Source of the DNA: a virus
Taxonomy: Duplodnaviria; Heunggongvirae; Uroviricota; Caudoviricetes
Strand: one strand, 5' to 3'
Length of the DNA: 64,000 nt
Virus record (IMG/VR): IMGVR_UViG_3300002026_000032
Location: 16,351-80,350 of that record
Below, in pieces: positions 55,524-64,000 of this stretch (the stretch's first letter is position 1; each line of letters starts with the position of its first letter). A program made the translations under genes and the position numbers. The notes under the pieces were generated by a model, which saw nothing but the letters and a program-made list of their open reading frames with translations, searched no databases and had not been told where the DNA came from.

Positions 55524-58312
55524 TTGGTATATCCTTTAGCGAATCCTAGTCTTGTTTTATATGATCGTTTAGCATGTTCAATCTTGCGATGTTTGCTATA
55601 ACTATCAATAAACTTAAGGTATCCAATTATGCGTGTTGCATGCCTGACACTATCAGATCCACACTTTACACATGAATCCTTCCTATTCGGGTGGATGTGT
55701 CCGCAGTCACCACATTCAGTCCTTAACACATTCTGTCCATAATAGTTGCATCCTGTGCGAGCCAGAGCTCTGAATATTGTTTTGTTCTGCTCAACTGTAA
55801 GAAGCTCATCTTCATTGTCATGATAAGCAGATCCACCATCAAGATACTGAAGAGTTGCATGTCCATGGATACGCATCTTTTCAAAAGTGTCGAGTTCTCC
55901 TTCGACTGGGTACATGTATGAGTTGTAACAATCACGGGGTACCCAAAGGTTGTCTGCTTTATCCCATGATGCATTCTTAACCCCAAGACTTTCCGCGGGC
56001 ACAAATTCCGTATTCCACAACCCACCATATAGACTCTTGGCCTCCAAATTTAGATTCTTAATTGTGCCGAGTTGCTTCGCACAGTATTCGATGTACTCAG
56101 GGTTGTAACCTGGTGTCAATCCCATGTATTCAGCCGATTCCATCAACCCATTAATACCTATTGTAAGATACTGCTTTTCGAGAGCTACAAATCCAGCTTT
56201 ATAAACTGGCAGCATATTCTTGTTGAATAGGTATCGATAGTGATCCTCGAACGCGGTTTGATATTTTTGTACACGACGAACCACATCTTCAAGTATATGA
56301 TTCTCTTGAACTAATCTGTTCATATTGATTGTGATTACATTCTTAGACCCGGTCATAACTCCACCAGCACCAAGGGAGAATGAGAAAGTGTTGTCAGTGA
56401 TTGCGTTACGAAGCCTACAACAACTACTCAGACTATCCACGGTATCAGATGTATAAATAAAGAATTGACCTCCCTTAGAAAACTCTTCAGCACAGAAATC
56501 AAACCATTCCTGTGATTTCCATTCTGCAGTCTCACTTGGAGCGGGTTCGGTGGTTAGAGCATTATGTGTCACAACTGGAAATGTAAGTAATGATTCTTCA
56601 CGCTCTTCACGGAAGAATGTATGCCACAACTTCTGAAGCTCATTAAATGTTTCCCATTTTGGTGCTCCCCCATCAGGGAATACAAATGTACCAAACATGC
56701 CATTAAAGAAATGTTCATCGAATGTAGATATATTCCAAAAACAACTATTTCCTGATACGTAAGGAACTCCATTTTCTTCTCTGAAGATCACAACTCCTGC
56801 GTTTGTAGTCGGGCACCAAATCTTACCTTTGTAGTAAACCTTCTCATACGACGATACTCGTTTATCGGATCGATTGAAAACCTTTACATATTTTACAGTA
56901 CATGGTTCATCTGAATCAATTTTCTTCATCTGTCTGTCATAAATCTCAGATCCATATCCAGCAAGCATCACAAGCTCCTGCATCTGATCTCTGATTTCAT
57001 CAGAGTCGCATTGGAGTAGATATTTAGTCCCACTCGAAGAATTGCCATCAAACTTCGCCCATGTATCAATTACGATCGCAAGCTGACGCTTAGATAACAT
57101 TTTGAAAAAGTGTGGTATAGACTTTTTGGTTTGTTTAACACGTCTCAGTATCGAAACAGCATCAACATTATTAATCGTGAAGTATACCATATCACCAAAC
57201 TTATTCCCAGTACAATCATTAACTGAGTACCCAATCCCAAGCTCATTAAGCCATTCTGGTATTTCTTCGAATCCATAACGATTCTTAGATTTGTAAATTC
57301 GAATTCGACCTGAATAGTTGTCACCATCCACAACATTCTCAATTGATCCATCAGTGAGAACCGCCACAATTACTTTAAGCATTGTATCACTGATACCATA
57401 CTCAACATTGTCAGTTCCAAGGGATCCAATTGGGAGTGATAACTTTGAATGCCCGATGAGTTCATGAGATTCTTTGATTGCATATTCGTTTGTATTTGGT
57501 TTTTTGTATACAACTCGATGGTTTGGTGTAACGGTCTGTTGATAGTTTCGACCCCTGAATTGGTTAAGTTCACCATCATAATCATAATCATTGAGTTTTC
57601 TTATAACCTCAACCTTGATAACACCATCAACCCACACATAAATCTCATCACCCTCGTTGAGCTCATGGCGATATTTAAACCCCTCGGGAGTCATTACTTG
57701 AGTGGTATCAGCACGAACACATTGAAATCCGCGGGCCCCGGCTGGCTCATTAAGTGTGTAAACAACGCCCTGAAGTTTCTGCATGATATACTTTCGATTT
57801 GTTTTAAGATAGTCATCACCAAGCTGTATTCGTGCAAAATGATCGAACGCCATAAGGAACTCAACAGTTGCGACCGCCCCAGCAAATTGACTTGAAACGG
57901 TGAATATTAGATTCGGGAATGACCCACAAAACGATTCAAGATGTGTTGGTGCTTTAGACAATCCACCAAGAGGGCGTAACCCATCGAGTAAATATGGATA
58001 GATTGATATACTTGCACAATACGGCATGAGTGAAGTCTCGTCATGTGTATAAATCAGATGGGTTTCGAGGTCTGCTAAGTATTGATTTGCGAGGTCCCGT
58101 CCATATTTTTTATCAATGATATCCCATATAAGCGCCCGATTAAGTTGTATTTTTTCACCCTTTCCTTCTTCGGAACTAAACGTAGCAATATTTTTGGAAG
58201 AAACGTTCGCGTTTGCATCTAAAATACTACCAGTTGCAGCATTCTCAGCATCGCAATAATGATGGAAAAATTGAACTTTTCGAGCAATCTGCTCGGGCGT
58301 TAAACGGATCAT
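55520..58312 (-). CDS. nrdD: anaerobic ribonucleoside-triphosphate reductase (class III), intein-containing
   Basis: C-terminal Zn-ribbon CGDCGH...CVKCGS and glycyl-radical motif RIIGYL; its 930 aa include a 325-aa intein. Confidence 0.85.
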   Translation of the reverse strand: MIRLTPEQIARKVQFFHHYCDAENAATGSILDANANVSSKNIATFSSEEGKGEKIQLNRALIWDIIDKKYGRDLANQYLADLETHLIYTHDETSLMPYCASISIYPYLLDGLRPLGGLSKAPTHLESFCGSFPNLIFTVSSQFAGAVATVEFLMAFDHFARIQLGDDYLKTNRKYIMQKLQGVVYTLNEPAGARGFQCVRADTTQVMTPEGFKYRHELNEGDEIYVWVDGVIKVEVIRKLNDYDYDGELNQFRGRNYQQTVTPNHRVVYKKPNTNEYAIKESHELIGHSKLSLPIGSLGTDNVEYGISDTMLKVIVAVLTDGSIENVVDGDNYSGRIRIYKSKNRYGFEEIPEWLNELGIGYSVNDCTGNKFGDMVYFTINNVDAVSILRRVKQTKKSIPHFFKMLSKRQLAIVIDTWAKFDGNSSSGTKYLLQCDSDEIRDQMQELVMLAGYGSEIYDRQMKKIDSDEPCTVKYVKVFNRSDKRVSSYEKVYYKGKIWCPTTNAGVVIFREENGVPYVSGNSCFWNISTFDEHFFNGMFGTFVFPDGGAPKWETFNELQKLWHTFFREEREESLLTFPVVTHNALTTEPAPSETAEWKSQEWFDFCAEEFSKGGQFFIYTSDTVDSLSSCCRLRNAITDNTFSFSLGAGGVMTGSKNVITINMNRLVQENHILEDVVRRVQKYQTAFEDHYRYLFNKNMLPVYKAGFVALEKQYLTIGINGLMESAEYMGLTPGYNPEYIEYCAKQLGTIKNLNLEAKSLYGGLWNTEFVPAESLGVKNASWDKADNLWVPRDCYNSYMYPVEGELDTFEKMRIHGHATLQYLDGGSAYHDNEDELLTVEQNKTIFRALARTGCNYYGQNVLRTECGDCGHIHPNRKDSCVKCGSDSVRHATRIIGYLKFIDSYSKHRKIEHAKRSYKTRLGFAKGYTK
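56747..57721 (-). mobile_element. intein with a LAGLIDADG homing-endonuclease domain inside nrdD
   Basis: Begins CVRADTTQV (Hint block A); two LAGLIDADG-like blocks (KVIVAVLTDGSI, LAIVIDTWAKFDG); ends ...TTNAGVVIFREENGVPYVSGN followed by Ser. Confidence 0.65.
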
Positions 58313-58357
58313 TGTAACCTCATATAGTTAAAATTATTTGTATTCAGGTAATGATAT

Positions 58358-58627
58358 TTATAGCGTAAAATTATTGACACCACTTACGAACACGGGTGTA
58401 GTTTCGCCATGGTAGAACCCTATAAAATCATGTCCATAAATGTCCAGAGCTTCATCGTAGTCGCATTTAGAGTCTTCCATAATCTTCTGCACTATTTTAT
58501 CCGCATCATATGCTACAACCGTAAATGAACATCTTTCGGCCATACCAATGATGCAATCATCGAATTGTTCTGGTAACATCAATAACCCATCGAAATTATT
58601 AATTATGTAATCTCTGATCTCAGACAT
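58358..58627 (-). CDS. hypothetical protein
   Basis: 89-aa ORF. Confidence 0.45.
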   Translation of the reverse strand: MSEIRDYIINNFDGLLMLPEQFDDCIIGMAERCSFTVVAYDADKIVQKIMEDSKCDYDEALDIYGHDFIGFYHGETTPVFVSGVNNFTL

Positions 58628-58704
58628 GGTAACCTCTGGTAAAATAAAAACGGATTGAAACTCTCAATCCGTTTAATATAGTTTATGACAATTGCGTTAG
58701 TCAA

Positions 58705-59118
58705 TTAGATCATGGTATCATAAATTTGTTTTGCTGCACTTCGAATTCGATCGAATTTGGTTGATTCATTCACCGTAACTTCCACTGGGCGAACCACGAG
58801 GAATCGTTTGCTGTAAATAGTACCATCGGTTGGGATCACTGTTATGAGTTTCTTATGATCACCAACACTTCTAATAAATTTTGATACAGCTTCTGGATTA
58901 TCCTGACCAGGGGTTTCACTGATTGAAAGGATGTATACAGCCCCAGCTTTATTAAATGCAGCAATTGTGTCTTTGGTATTTGTTTTCACTTTAAACACTT
59001 TATTCAATGTATCTTTATATGATCGATCGATTGGTGCTCCATAAATATTTACCATAGCCAATTTTGTATCTTTTTGTAAAGGAGCTTTAGCCCCTTCATG
59101 CTCAACAAGTCGATTCAT
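58705..59118 (-). CDS. hypothetical protein
   Basis: 137-aa ORF. Confidence 0.5.
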   Translation of the reverse strand: MNRLVEHEGAKAPLQKDTKLAMVNIYGAPIDRSYKDTLNKVFKVKTNTKDTIAAFNKAGAVYILSISETPGQDNPEAVSKFIRSVGDHKKLITVIPTDGTIYSKRFLVVRPVEVTVNESTKFDRIRSAAKQIYDTMI

Positions 59119-59693
59119 TTTTTACCTCGTTTAGATTCACCAACACCAACCCATGTCACTCCGTTAACAACTTTATGAATTGTCTTTCGGTCCACATCAT
59201 ATTGTTTGGCGATTGTTGTTATTGTCTGATTGTCTTTATTGTATTGAACTTTAATATCACGGATAGCGTCATCATTCAATTTAGCTCGACCATGATTGAT
59301 TCCCTTGGGAAACCGGTTTCTTGCTAACATATCACCAACATTATCTTTCTGCGTTCCGGGTATCAGATGCTCGGGGTTGCAACAAGATCGATTGTCACAT
59401 GTATGTCGGATAACAACTCCAGATTCGATTGGGCCTTTGTATCTCTTATAGAAATGTCGGTATAAAGTATCCAGATCACCTTTAATTCTAGCGACAGGAT
59501 ATCCATCTCTGTTTCGTGCTCTACCTGATACTTCCCAGCATCCAGTCTTTTTGGCGACGACATAAGATATATTTATGTAATCCTCATCAGGTAGTATCGA
59601 TTGTAATGTTGATTCCAATAATGCTTGTATTGACATAGCAACTCCTAAATTAGAAAAGGGATAACTTTCGTCATCCCTTTTATTTATAACCAC
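59115..59693 (-). CDS. free-standing HNH homing endonuclease
   Basis: IRHTCDNRSCCNPEHL HNH/Zn motif; C-terminal helix-turn-helix-like DNA-binding tail. Confidence 0.6.
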   Translation of the reverse strand: MVINKRDDESYPFSNLGVAMSIQALLESTLQSILPDEDYINISYVVAKKTGCWEVSGRARNRDGYPVARIKGDLDTLYRHFYKRYKGPIESGVVIRHTCDNRSCCNPEHLIPGTQKDNVGDMLARNRFPKGINHGRAKLNDDAIRDIKVQYNKDNQTITTIAKQYDVDRKTIHKVVNGVTWVGVGESKRGKK

Positions 59694-59705
59694 ACTCAGA
59701 AAGAA

Positions 59706-60557
59706 CTAATTCCTCAGGTTCAACACTTCACCAAAATCACCATTAAGTATCTGTTCTGATGTTACAGCACTTGAGCTCATCAAATCAATCATACTGAATA
59801 TGAAAGTATCAGAGCTGTTCGACACCCAAAAGACTACAGAACCTTGACCGCGGATGAGGTATGATCCCTGATATGCACTGAGTAGTGATGCCACACCACC
59901 AGCCATTTTAGGTAATGAAAGGTCAAATCGAATGACCTTTACCACATGCATCACACGCATGGTAACCGATTCCAGTACACCAATCAAATCATTTAATGAT
60001 GAAACATCACCGACATATATAGCACGATTCTTATGTGCCCGAAAGAAATTATTGATGTTGTAACAAGACAGACCATACTCCACATCAGTAGCATGTATCA
60101 TCGGCCCGGAGTTGATATCTAATTTACTTGTATCGATTGTTGATCGGACCAATGTAAATGTGTTATTAACTTCCCGAACCAATGCCGCAGCAAGCTGGGT
60201 GCTTATCACTGACATCATTGCATCAATTGAATAACGATTCTTAATGTATCGACCAATCAATGTTGTCACAGAGTCTCTTGGATTCTGATTGACTCTTTGT
60301 AACTTAGAATCAAGCAGTTTAACCGGAGCCTTAGTTGGAACCGATGTAGTGATCGGTTCAGGCTCATTATGATCCTCAGAAGTTTGGTAATCCGTGATAG
60401 CATCAGATTCCGGTTCATACTCATCAATTGGAATTGGTGTAGCAATCGGTTTCAATTCTGTATTATCCAACGATTCAATGGGGGGATTTTCACCCCCCGC
60501 TAATTGTTCAGCAGCTAATCGTTCAGCTTCTAATGTTGCTTTACTTTTAAATGGCAT
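59706..60557 (-). CDS. hypothetical protein
   Basis: 283-aa ORF. Confidence 0.55.
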   Translation of the reverse strand: MPFKSKATLEAERLAAEQLAGGENPPIESLDNTELKPIATPIPIDEYEPESDAITDYQTSEDHNEPEPITTSVPTKAPVKLLDSKLQRVNQNPRDSVTTLIGRYIKNRYSIDAMMSVISTQLAAALVREVNNTFTLVRSTIDTSKLDINSGPMIHATDVEYGLSCYNINNFFRAHKNRAIYVGDVSSLNDLIGVLESVTMRVMHVVKVIRFDLSLPKMAGGVASLLSAYQGSYLIRGQGSVVFWVSNSSDTFIFSMIDLMSSSAVTSEQILNGDFGEVLNLRN

Positions 60558-60584
60558 GCAGACCTACAATGATTAAAATAATTT

Positions 60585-61199
60585 TTAGTACTCTTCGTCT
60601 TCGTCTTCATCTTCATCTTCATCTTCTTCATTATCAGACTCGATTCCGTCACCGTCACCATCCATGTCACCATCTTCATCACCGTCACCATCTGGATCTT
60701 CTTCGGTGTCATCAGCGTCTGGCGCTTCATCAGTTTCATCAGTTTCATCTTCGTCATCACTAACATCGATGATATCATCTTCTGAATCGTCAGCATCAAC
60801 ATCAATGGTGTCATCACCATCAATATCATCTTCTTCAGCTTCTTTGATTGGCTCTTCGTCAGTATCGATGTCGGTTGTATCTTCTTCATCTTCCGAATCA
60901 TCAGATGATTCACCATCAATGATCTGATCGGTGGTTACACCAAATTCATCACTGAGATAGTCGGTGATATCTTCTTTACCATTGCTGTCGAGGATCGCGT
61001 TGTTTTCTTCATCGTAGAATACAACTGCGTTGTAGATTTCTTCATCTTGATCATTTGTTACAACCACCGAATACGGCGGATAGTCTACAGGTGATGATGC
61101 GATTTCTTCATTGAGCATGGCGCGATCGATTGATTCGATCATTACCATCAATTCACTTCCAGCTAAATCTGTTGCTGGACCACTAAAAACTTTTGACAT
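60585..61199 (-). CDS. highly acidic Asp/Glu-repeat protein
   Basis: Start set to the second ATG, which follows GGGAG. The C-terminal half is D/E repeats. Upstream at 61227-61234 on the minus strand is TATAAATA, a T4 late-promoter-like motif. Confidence 0.55.
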   Translation of the reverse strand: MSKVFSGPATDLAGSELMVMIESIDRAMLNEEIASSPVDYPPYSVVVTNDQDEEIYNAVVFYDEENNAILDSNGKEDITDYLSDEFGVTTDQIIDGESSDDSEDEEDTTDIDTDEEPIKEAEEDDIDGDDTIDVDADDSEDDIIDVSDDEDETDETDEAPDADDTEEDPDGDGDEDGDMDGDGDGIESDNEEDEDEDEDEDEEY

Positions 61200-61239
61200 G
61201 GTTACTCCCATTGTTAATTTACACCTATATTTATAATAA

Positions 61240-62682
61240 CTAATTCAATCCTAGAGCCATATTGCTAATTTTTTCGATTTGTTCAATATCATCAGCGATA
61301 TATTTATCATCACGAATGATCGTAGCAACAGGATGAAGAAGTGAGTAATTACCAGTATTATCCCTACTGATCCCGCAACATGAAACTTCAACAACAGTAT
61401 TGATATACTTATCTTGATTGTTCCATATTTCATCACGAAGACTGTTATCACACCATGTTGGTGTGACTTTTAGAACACCATCAGAACTCTCACAATACAG
61501 TGATCCTAAAGTTCCGGCATTCTTTTTATTACCCTCTTTGAACCCGACGATCTTCAGATCAACTTCAATCTTTAATTTCAGTTTAACCTGTGATGTTGGT
61601 TTGCCTATAACCCAAGCACCAGTCAGTGATTTAACAATAGCACCCTCTTCTCCACGAGCAAGTAGCTCTTTGAAATATGACATCACATCTTCATATGATT
61701 CCACAATCTTATGCTCAATCAATCGTATAACACCATCAGTCATATTTATACCAGATTTAATCAGCTTATTCAATCTGATCGATCTCCATGCATTGAATTG
61801 TTGACCGGAAATGTATAGTGAGTATGGAATGTAATCCCACACGGTCATGTAAATCTGATCGCTTACTTCATCCATGGTCATTCCATGTGATGCGACAAAC
61901 TCATCACTCTTCTTTGAAATTTCATCTGGTGTTATAGACCCATCTGATATCTTTTCATAAATGCTAACCAATGATGATATGATTCCATTCGCGGTATATC
62001 GATCAACACCATCCATCATAAGCTCACCATTTAACACAACACTCTCACCACCCATACTTGGTGGGAAAATGATTGATGATATTTCGGCAGCTCGTTGAAT
62101 CAGTTTTGGGTGATTCAATAATGAGCTCTTACCCTGTCTTGATACCATGTCAACTTCACCTGATGGAAGCACCACAACATTACAATATCGACCATCCATT
62201 TTAACATCAACTTCAACTTTACCAGTACACAACTTACGAACTGATTTTTCATCAAAAACAATAGCACCCATGTATGGAGTTACTGGAATTAATCTCTTGA
62301 TTGCTTTGTTGATTGTGGAAGCATTTATTCCTACACCAAGATCTTTATTGATCACTCGCTTGAGAACTTCGTAGTCATCGTCATTAACTTTGCCACCAAC
62401 TTCAGACATAAACTGTATTGCTTGGTTTCCGGTGATCTTTCTAGATGTAATATTGTACACCAATTGATCTAAGGCCTGAGCTAGAGTCAAAGTTACACCA
62501 TCTGTGCATTCGGTTTTATCTGGGAGTTTGGATGCATACCAAATGATATTTGGATTGTATGCTAAATTCAACACCCAAACAAATGTGGTATCATTGACAT
62601 GTCGTGCGATTACTCGTTCCTTATACAGTTTCCCTGCATCATTTGCTATCTCGTTTAAGATAGCCAAAACATTCTCTTCCAT
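61240..62682 (-). CDS. 30: ATP-dependent DNA ligase (T4 gp30-like)
   Basis: N-terminal ILNEIAN and KITGNQAIQFM closely resemble T4 ligase (ILNEIAS, KLTGNAAIEEL); adenylation motif KMDGR (KxDG); 480 aa versus 487 aa in T4. Confidence 0.85.
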   Translation of the reverse strand: MEENVLAILNEIANDAGKLYKERVIARHVNDTTFVWVLNLAYNPNIIWYASKLPDKTECTDGVTLTLAQALDQLVYNITSRKITGNQAIQFMSEVGGKVNDDDYEVLKRVINKDLGVGINASTINKAIKRLIPVTPYMGAIVFDEKSVRKLCTGKVEVDVKMDGRYCNVVVLPSGEVDMVSRQGKSSLLNHPKLIQRAAEISSIIFPPSMGGESVVLNGELMMDGVDRYTANGIISSLVSIYEKISDGSITPDEISKKSDEFVASHGMTMDEVSDQIYMTVWDYIPYSLYISGQQFNAWRSIRLNKLIKSGINMTDGVIRLIEHKIVESYEDVMSYFKELLARGEEGAIVKSLTGAWVIGKPTSQVKLKLKIEVDLKIVGFKEGNKKNAGTLGSLYCESSDGVLKVTPTWCDNSLRDEIWNNQDKYINTVVEVSCCGISRDNTGNYSLLHPVATIIRDDKYIADDIEQIEKISNMALGLN

Positions 62683-62820
62683 ATACCCACCTCAAGTTAA
62701 ATTTCAAATTAAAAATGGACACCCAGCTGAATGAATGCCCATTCTTTGGTACAGGCGATAGTTGTGAACTATCACGGAGTATTCTAAAATAACATCCAGA
62801 CCTATACAAAGTCAATAAAT

Positions 62821-63207
62821 TTATTCGACTTTATCCACCCGACTAAAATCACCACAGGTTTTAGCTGGATGCATATTGACTGGAATTGATTCATTCAAAC
62901 AACATTGGCTGAAATGGTAATTGGAGCAGTTGTAACAAATCTTCAGTTGAGTTATATCACTCGATTTTAGATTAACTTTTGCTAACATAGCCGAATATTT
63001 TCCATATGCCAATATTGGGACAAGGATTGGTGATAGGATCAGTGTACCAAACATAATCAATAACTCACCAATCAAACCAAACAGAACATCCCACCGATAT
63101 TTCTTTACGAAGAATGTTAAAACAAAATCGAAATGCTCCATCATTATCAGCATGTATGGCTTGACTTCAAGAGCTTGTCTAACCTTCTCTTCATTGGAAA
63201 GCAACAT
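62821..63207 (-). CDS. membrane protein with a C-terminal Cys cluster
   Basis: 128-aa ORF. Confidence 0.5.
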   Translation of the reverse strand: MLLSNEEKVRQALEVKPYMLIMMEHFDFVLTFFVKKYRWDVLFGLIGELLIMFGTLILSPILVPILAYGKYSAMLAKVNLKSSDITQLKICYNCSNYHFSQCCLNESIPVNMHPAKTCGDFSRVDKVE

Positions 63208-63214
63208 GATTTAC

Positions 63215-63925
63215 CTATTTCTTCTGAGCAGCTTGATTAACTTGATTGATTAGTTGACCTTGAATACTTCTGAAACTATCCATCTCTAAGATGTTAGTGG
63301 TTACCGGTCCAACATCAGGTAGAACATATCTCAGTCCATTATCAAAGAATGTCGCTTCACCCCCACACCCCGGATCGTTTAGGATCGTCGCAATACTCTT
63401 CGTACCATTGACCATACCAGTTTTAGGGTCGATGTTAGGAATTGGATCATAGATTGTTTTTGGTCTGTAGTGAGTTGATTTGGGTTTATGGGATCCTGCT
63501 GCGGCGTCGTCGAGAAATGTCATCACCGATTTAGGTTTCTCCAATCCCTGTATCTCAACAGATGTTGATGGTTGGATAGACACTTCAGGAACCATTGGTA
63601 CAGTTGTTGGGTGGACATGAACCACTGTCGGTTCTTGTAATTGGGCCGATACAACGAGAACCGGTCTGAATTCTTTCATGACTTGTTCAATTGTGATATC
63701 GGGTGAGGTGGCCAGTGATGTTGCAGCCTCCGATAGGCGAGAAACATAAGTATCAAATTTGGATACGAATATTGCCACGGTCCGTAGCATCTCATTGGTT
63801 TCTTCGATGCCAGCATCGGTGCTGACTTCAGTTACCAACTCCCGCATGATTTCATACGATAGCGCAAGTGATTTGTTGTTGAATGTTCGCCCATCAGCGG
63901 TTTTGTACAATTGAATACTTTCCAT
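63215..63925 (-). CDS. hypothetical protein
   Basis: 236-aa ORF. Confidence 0.55.
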   Translation of the reverse strand: MESIQLYKTADGRTFNNKSLALSYEIMRELVTEVSTDAGIEETNEMLRTVAIFVSKFDTYVSRLSEAATSLATSPDITIEQVMKEFRPVLVVSAQLQEPTVVHVHPTTVPMVPEVSIQPSTSVEIQGLEKPKSVMTFLDDAAAGSHKPKSTHYRPKTIYDPIPNIDPKTGMVNGTKSIATILNDPGCGGEATFFDNGLRYVLPDVGPVTTNILEMDSFRSIQGQLINQVNQAAQKK

Positions 63926-64000
63926 TATCTGGATCCTTCAAAAAAAGTTTAAATGATTTGAATAATACAAACCAACAAATTAATTCATTTCGCAACAATG

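Noticed and set aside
60530-60919. 129-aa Met/Lys-rich minus-strand ORF
   Set aside because: It is an alternative frame through the acidic-repeat DNA (reading GAA/GAT repeats as Met/Lys/Thr) and overlaps the acidic gene. It is a low-complexity artefact.

Overview
This 64 kb window looks like part of a T4-type (Tevenvirinae-like) myophage genome, of the early or 'hyperplastic' kind. It is AT-rich, gene-dense and full of small ORFs. Most genes lie on the minus strand (1-21083, 31087-50334, 53191-63925). One plus-strand block spans 21972-30953 and a second plus pair lies at 51195-53179. I recognised from motifs a T4 gp30-type ATP-dependent DNA ligase, and the anaerobic ribonucleotide reductase pair NrdD/NrdG with NrdD interrupted by a LAGLIDADG-type intein. 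A phage-encoded GroEL chaperonin sits with no GroES/gp31-like partner next to it. Other calls are a UvrD-like SF1 helicase, a thioredoxin, a secreted lytic transglycosylase, a GNAT acetyltransferase, a class-3 lipase, a SPFH/band-7 lipoprotein, a CYTH (triphosphate-tunnel) protein, a HAD-type phosphatase, a Zn-ribbon metallophosphoesterase and two free-standing HNH homing endonucleases. Most remaining ORFs are small hypothetical proteins, many Cys-rich or lipoprotein or membrane. The non-coding features worth a second look are these. There is a tandem segmental duplication that made a diverged paralog pair with a novel junction. Several short direct-repeat families flank small gene cassettes (PeSL-like promoter plus stem-loop elements). 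A conserved hairpin element occurs in three copies. An iteron-like tandem-repeat region sits at the strand-switch point. A highly structured candidate ncRNA lies between two terminators. No rRNA, tRNA or CRISPR array could be supported. All calls come from reading motifs in the supplied translations and the DNA by eye; no database search was run.
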